From the NCBI RefSeq assembly GCF_002945325.1, contig NZ_CP026606.1, positions 1,290,001 to 1,322,000 of the forward strand: DNA of 32,000 bases, written 5' to 3'. This stretch comes from Methanococcus maripaludis (lineage in GTDB: Archaea > AGJL01 > Methanococci > Methanococcales > Methanococcaceae). Below, in pieces: positions 28,541 to 32,000 of this stretch (position 1 is its first letter; every line of letters begins with the position of its first letter). The notes under the pieces are model-generated. The model worked only from the letters and a program-made list of their open reading frames with translations, was not told where the DNA came from and did not search any database. Made by a program: the position numbers and the translations under genes.

Positions 28541-28647
28541 ATAAAATTACAGTAATGCCGAAAACCCGAAAATTGTAATCCCTATAAATATTAAAACCTG
28601 AGAATAATTGTTTAAACTTAACTTAATTGTAAACAATCGGTGTATCG

Positions 28648-29796
28648 ATGATAGAAATCAAAAAAAATCCAATGTACAATTACCTCTTTTTTCTAATAGT
28701 TGCAGCCGCAATTTCTCATCAGGTTTGGGGAACGCTTTTTAACAATTTTGCAGTGGACGTTGTCGGTATAAATGGATTTCAAATGGGTTTAATCCAGTCT
28801 ATTCGAGAAATACCTGGTTTTTTAACGTTTCTTGTAATTTATGTACTTTTAGTGATAAAAGAACACAGGCTTTCAGCGCTTTCAACAATTTTAATGGGTT
28901 TTGGTGTTGCAATAACCGGATTATTCCCAACAGTTCAAGGTTTAATTATCACGACGTTTTTAATGTCTTTGGGATTTCACTATTTTGAAACAACCAATAA
29001 ATCGCTTACACTCCAGCACTTTAATAAAAAAGAGGCGCCAGTAGTTTTTGGAAGATTTAGTAGCTACGGTGCAATCGCAAGTATTATTGCAGGATTTTTT
29101 ATATGGTTAAGTGTTAAACTGTTGCCTATATGGACAAATTATCTAATTTATGGGATAGTTATAATGTTAATCGGGGTTTATTCACTTTTTAAAAATCCAA
29201 TCTTTAAAGAAACGGTCCCACAAAGAAAAGGAATGGTTGTAAAGAAAAAATACTGGTTATACTACGTTTTAAACTTTTTAAGTGGTGCAAGAAGGCAGAT
29301 CTTTATCGCATTTGCAGTATTTTTACTGGTTCAAAACTATGGATTTAGTGTTTCTGAAGTTGCAGTATTATTTGTTTTAAACAATTTATTGATCTATTTC
29401 ACGGCTCCAAAGGTTGCAGAGGGAATAAATAATTTGGGGGAACGAAAGATGCTTACAATAGAATATGTGACGTTAACGTTCGTTTTCTTAGGTTATGCAT
29501 TTATTGAAAACAGGAATATTGCAGTTTTACTCTACATAATCGACCATATCGTATTCAGCTTTGCTATCGGGATAAATACATACTTTCAAAAAACCGCAGA
29601 TTCCGAAGATATCGCGCCGTCAATGGGTGTTGGATTTGCAATAAATCATATTTCGGCAGTTATAATTCCTGTGGTTGGCGGAATCTTGTGGATGGCAAAC
29701 TGGAAGACTCCATTTATCATGGGTGCAGTATTTAGTGTAATTTCGCTATTTTTTGTCCAGAAAATTCCAAAACACATAAAAATTCTACAAAATTAA
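28648..29796 (+). CDS. Polytopic membrane protein, MFS-like transporter
   Basis: 382 aa with about 10-12 predicted hydrophobic helices and a central basic loop (QRKGMVVKKKYW...GARRQIF). GGTG SD. The family assignment rests on overall pattern only. Confidence 0.6.
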   Translation: MIEIKKNPMYNYLFFLIVAAAISHQVWGTLFNNFAVDVVGINGFQMGLIQSIREIPGFLTFLVIYVLLVIKEHRLSALSTILMGFGVAITGLFPTVQGLIITTFLMSLGFHYFETTNKSLTLQHFNKKEAPVVFGRFSSYGAIASIIAGFFIWLSVKLLPIWTNYLIYGIVIMLIGVYSLFKNPIFKETVPQRKGMVVKKKYWLYYVLNFLSGARRQIFIAFAVFLLVQNYGFSVSEVAVLFVLNNLLIYFTAPKVAEGINNLGERKMLTIEYVTLTFVFLGYAFIENRNIAVLLYIIDHIVFSFAIGINTYFQKTADSEDIAPSMGVGFAINHISAVIIPVVGGILWMANWKTPFIMGAVFSVISLFFVQKIPKHIKILQN

Positions 29797-29850
29797 TTAT
29801 TAATTAAAAAATATAATTTGATTTATCAATAAAATTTCAAAGGTGGATTT

Positions 29851-30096
29851 ATGAAAATAAGAGTATTTGGTATGGGATGTTCAAAATGCAATGAAACGTA
29901 CGAAAACGTTAAAAAAGCAGTTTTGGAGATGAACATTGACGCAGAAATTGAAAAAGTAACGGATATAAAAGAAATTTCTGAATGGGTATTAATGGCTCCA
30001 GCAGTTGCATTTGATGAAGACATTATATTTGAAGGAACTGCTCCTTCAGTAAATGATTTAAAAAAAGAACTTAAAGATTATTTAAACTCGAACTAA
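29851..30096 (+). CDS. Thioredoxin-fold protein, MTH895/TM0996-type (redox-active disulfide protein 2 family)
   Basis: 81 aa starting MKIRVFGMGCSKCNETYENVKKAV, then EIEKVTDIKEI...APAVAFDEDIIFEG. It has an N-terminal CxxC and family-typical length and pattern. AGGTGG SD. Confidence 0.8.
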   Translation: MKIRVFGMGCSKCNETYENVKKAVLEMNIDAEIEKVTDIKEISEWVLMAPAVAFDEDIIFEGTAPSVNDLKKELKDYLNSN

Positions 30097-30137
30097 TTTT
30101 AGAAACTATTAATTTATTATTTTAGCTTATTTTAAAC

Positions 30138-30992
30138 CTATTTTATTAGCAGTGAAGCATATCCAACGACTTCTGAATAATCTTTTGTAACATCACCAGA
30201 AGTTGAATAATAAAGTAAATATGAGGTCCTAGCACCCAAATCTTTCATTGCTTTGACCATTGCAATAACTGGCCCGTATCCGCACATGCTTATATTGTGT
30301 GTTACAACATCAGTGAATATTTCTTCATCATTTAATTTTAAAATGTCTTTTATAACAACTGCATCTTTTTTTGAAGCCTGTTCTTGGGGTTCGTAGTGTG
30401 AAAAGTCTGTAGAAGCAATTATTACAATTTTTCTGTTTAATTCCCTTGCAACTTTTGCAATAACATACCCTACATCAATACAAGAGTCATAATCCTGCAT
30501 CATCATAGATATTGGGACAAATTTGAATTTTGCGATATTTAGGTCTTCAAGATGCTTTAAAAATGGTAGCTGTACTTCTATTGAGTGTTCTCTCAAATGT
30601 GAATTTTCATCCATATCTAAAATATCGCATTCTTTCCATAATCTGTCAGCAAATTCGTTATCGATTTCCATATCTCCAAAAGGCGTTTTCCATGTCCCTT
30701 TCATGGTGGCAATTCCAGAACCAAGTCCCGTATGGTTTGGACCAAGAATTATCGCGGTGATTTCTCCGCTGATGTTTTCAGATATTTTTTTGTACCCGTG
30801 TGCGGCAACAGGTCCAGAGTAGATATATCCTGCATGTGGCGATACGATTCCAAGCGGTTTTGTGTATTTTCCCCGTTTTGAAGGCAGTTCTTTAGGGCCC
30901 CTTGGGTTCAAATAGCAGTATTCGATCATTTCAAGTAATTCATGGTATTCAGCAGGATAAAACATCCCTGCAACAACAGGATTTCTGGTCAT
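30138..30992 (-). CDS. MEMO1 family protein (AmmeMemoRadiSam system protein B, UPF0103)
   Basis: 284 aa containing [33 protein letters not shown] and TDFSHYE, the characteristic Memo motifs. Confidence 0.88.
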   Translation of the reverse strand: MTRNPVVAGMFYPAEYHELLEMIEYCYLNPRGPKELPSKRGKYTKPLGIVSPHAGYIYSGPVAAHGYKKISENISGEITAIILGPNHTGLGSGIATMKGTWKTPFGDMEIDNEFADRLWKECDILDMDENSHLREHSIEVQLPFLKHLEDLNIAKFKFVPISMMMQDYDSCIDVGYVIAKVARELNRKIVIIASTDFSHYEPQEQASKKDAVVIKDILKLNDEEIFTDVVTHNISMCGYGPVIAMVKAMKDLGARTSYLLYYSTSGDVTKDYSEVVGYASLLIK

Positions 30993-31038
30993 AATCTCAT
31001 CCCCAAAGTTATCTACTCTAATTTATTTTTTTAAGGAT

Positions 31039-32000
31039 TTATATTATTTTCAAATTTCCATTTCCAAATAGCATGATAATACCCGCAAGAATTAAGAGAT
31101 TTGAGAACCAGAATATTATGGTAAATATTGATAATTTTCTTGCTTTTTCAATTTCCCACCATTTGTAAGGGGTTATGCCGTAAATATAAAACAATGATGC
31201 AGATGCAAAGTTAACTGAGATTATATTTACAATAAATAGTATCAGAATCGGGACTGATTCTAAGTAATATCCTGAACCAAGCATTAAACCAAATGCAACT
31301 AATGGTGGCATCAGGGCAACTGCAATCATAACTCCAACAACTGTTGACGAAATTTCAGGGATTAACATTGAAAGTGTACCAACAAACCCTGCTGAAAGTG
31401 CAATTACAATATTTTGCAAGCCTAAATTCATTCTGGATGCAACTTGGGGGCTTTCAGGACTTACGTGTATGAATGTTCCAATAAAGAATGAAAATACGAG
31501 TACTGTTAAAATTCCCAATATTAAATTTTTCAAAGATTTTTTTGCAAGGGATGTATCCATTACTGCAATTGAGAACGTGAATGAAATCATGGGACTTAAA
31601 AAAGGTGCAATTATCATGGAACCAATTATCAATGCAACATCATCTAACCATATTCCAATAGATGCAACAACCGCAGCTAAAAATAATAATGAGTAATATT
31701 CTTTTGAAAGGTTTGATATATCCCCTATTTTTCCAATTATTTCATGTCTTGAAACTCTTTTTGGGGTTTTATCTTCAACTTCTACTTTTTCTTCTTTTTT
31801 GATTTCCGGAATCGTTGCGGTGGGTTCAGTTACAAGTATTCTGAAATTCGATCCGCCGTATTTTGAGGAGAGTACATCGATTACTTTTTCAACGTGTTCT
31901 GTTTCGGTAAGTAACCTGATTACAGTATAATTTGATTCTTCGCAAATGCTGTGCCAGATAATGTTTTCAAGGTTATCTCCAAGCGATTCTTCGTATCCTG
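31039..32000 (-). CDS. DUF389 / TIGR00341-type membrane protein, N-terminus beyond window end
   Basis: The track lists only a TTG-started fragment (31039-31632). The same frame stays open to position 32000 in my hand translation (...RILVTEPTATIPEIKKEEKVEVEDKTPKRVSRHEIIGKIGDISNLSKEYYSLLFLAAVVASIGIWLDDVALIIGSMIIAPFLSPM...). That gives a soluble N-terminal domain followed by the DUF389 hydrophobic domain. Confidence 0.75.
   Translation of the reverse strand, partial: GYEESLGDNLENIIWHSICEESNYTVIRLLTETEHVEKVIDVLSSKYGGSNFRILVTEPTATIPEIKKEEKVEVEDKTPKRVSRHEIIGKIGDISNLSKEYYSLLFLAAVVASIGIWLDDVALIIGSMIIAPFLSPMISFTFSIAVMDTSLAKKSLKNLILGILTVLVFSFFIGTFIHVSPESPQVASRMNLGLQNIVIALSAGFVGTLSMLIPEISSTVVGVMIAVALMPPLVAFGLMLGSGYYLESVPILILFIVNIISVNFASASLFYIYGITPYKWWEIEKARKLSIFTIIFWFSNLLILAGIIMLFGNGNLKII

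Noticed and set aside
29826-30023. 65-aa minus-strand ORF overlapping the thioredoxin-like gene
   Set aside because: It is antisense to a gene with a strong SD and a clear family pattern. It has no signals of its own.
1-32000. Selenocysteine (in-frame TGA) genes, inteins, frameshifted or split genes
   Set aside because: Methanococcus encodes selenoproteins, so I looked for adjacent same-frame ORF fragments or gene-length anomalies. All recognisable genes are contiguous and of normal length, and rtcB and smc are intein-less.
1-32000. CRISPR arrays, transposases/integrases, tRNA/rRNA genes, C/D-box sRNAs in intergenic gaps
   Set aside because: I saw no regularly spaced repeats and no mobile-element proteins in any frame. 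The intergenic gaps are too short and AT-rich for tRNAs. No RUGAUGA...CUGA pairs at sRNA spacing turned up in the larger gaps. This was visual inspection only, so short sRNAs could be missed.

Overview
AT-rich (about 30-35% GC) euryarchaeal chromosome with Methanococcus-type gene order (M. maripaludis/M. vannielii-like), judged from protein sequences, the GGTG(A) Shine-Dalgarno usage and synteny recalled from memory. The window is almost entirely housekeeping. It opens with a divergent N-glycosylation pair: a 3'-truncated aglB that is missing from the ORF track because it runs off the window, and a family-4 sugar-1-phosphate transferase. A roughly 17-kb stretch of same-strand (minus) genes follows: smc, M20 peptidase, amino-acid-kinase-fold (MfnE-like) protein, Zn-ribbon, EF-1beta, a 69-aa orphan ORF, then the L22-S3-L29-SUI1-Rnp1-S17-L14-L24-S4e-L5-S14-S8-L6-L32e-L19e-L18-S5-L30-L15 block and secY. 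The right half holds an aminotransferase, hef, aroD, DUF371, rtcB, asd, a 56-aa Cys-rich mini-protein below the track cutoff, an MFS-like permease, an MTH895-type thioredoxin-like protein, Memo and a 5'-truncated DUF389 protein. Many ORF-track starts are GTG/TTG triplets lying inside or beside the SD motif, so I moved them to the ATG 4-8 nt downstream of GGTG(A). I saw no CRISPR array, mobile element, tRNA/rRNA, defence island, intein or interrupted (Sec/frameshift) gene. I found no convincing novel multi-gene system. The second-look items are modest: a duplicated TATA-linked dyad operator candidate, an unexplained ORF or leader upstream of L22, small zinc proteins, unusual start codons or gene coupling, and some DUF gene neighbourhoods.
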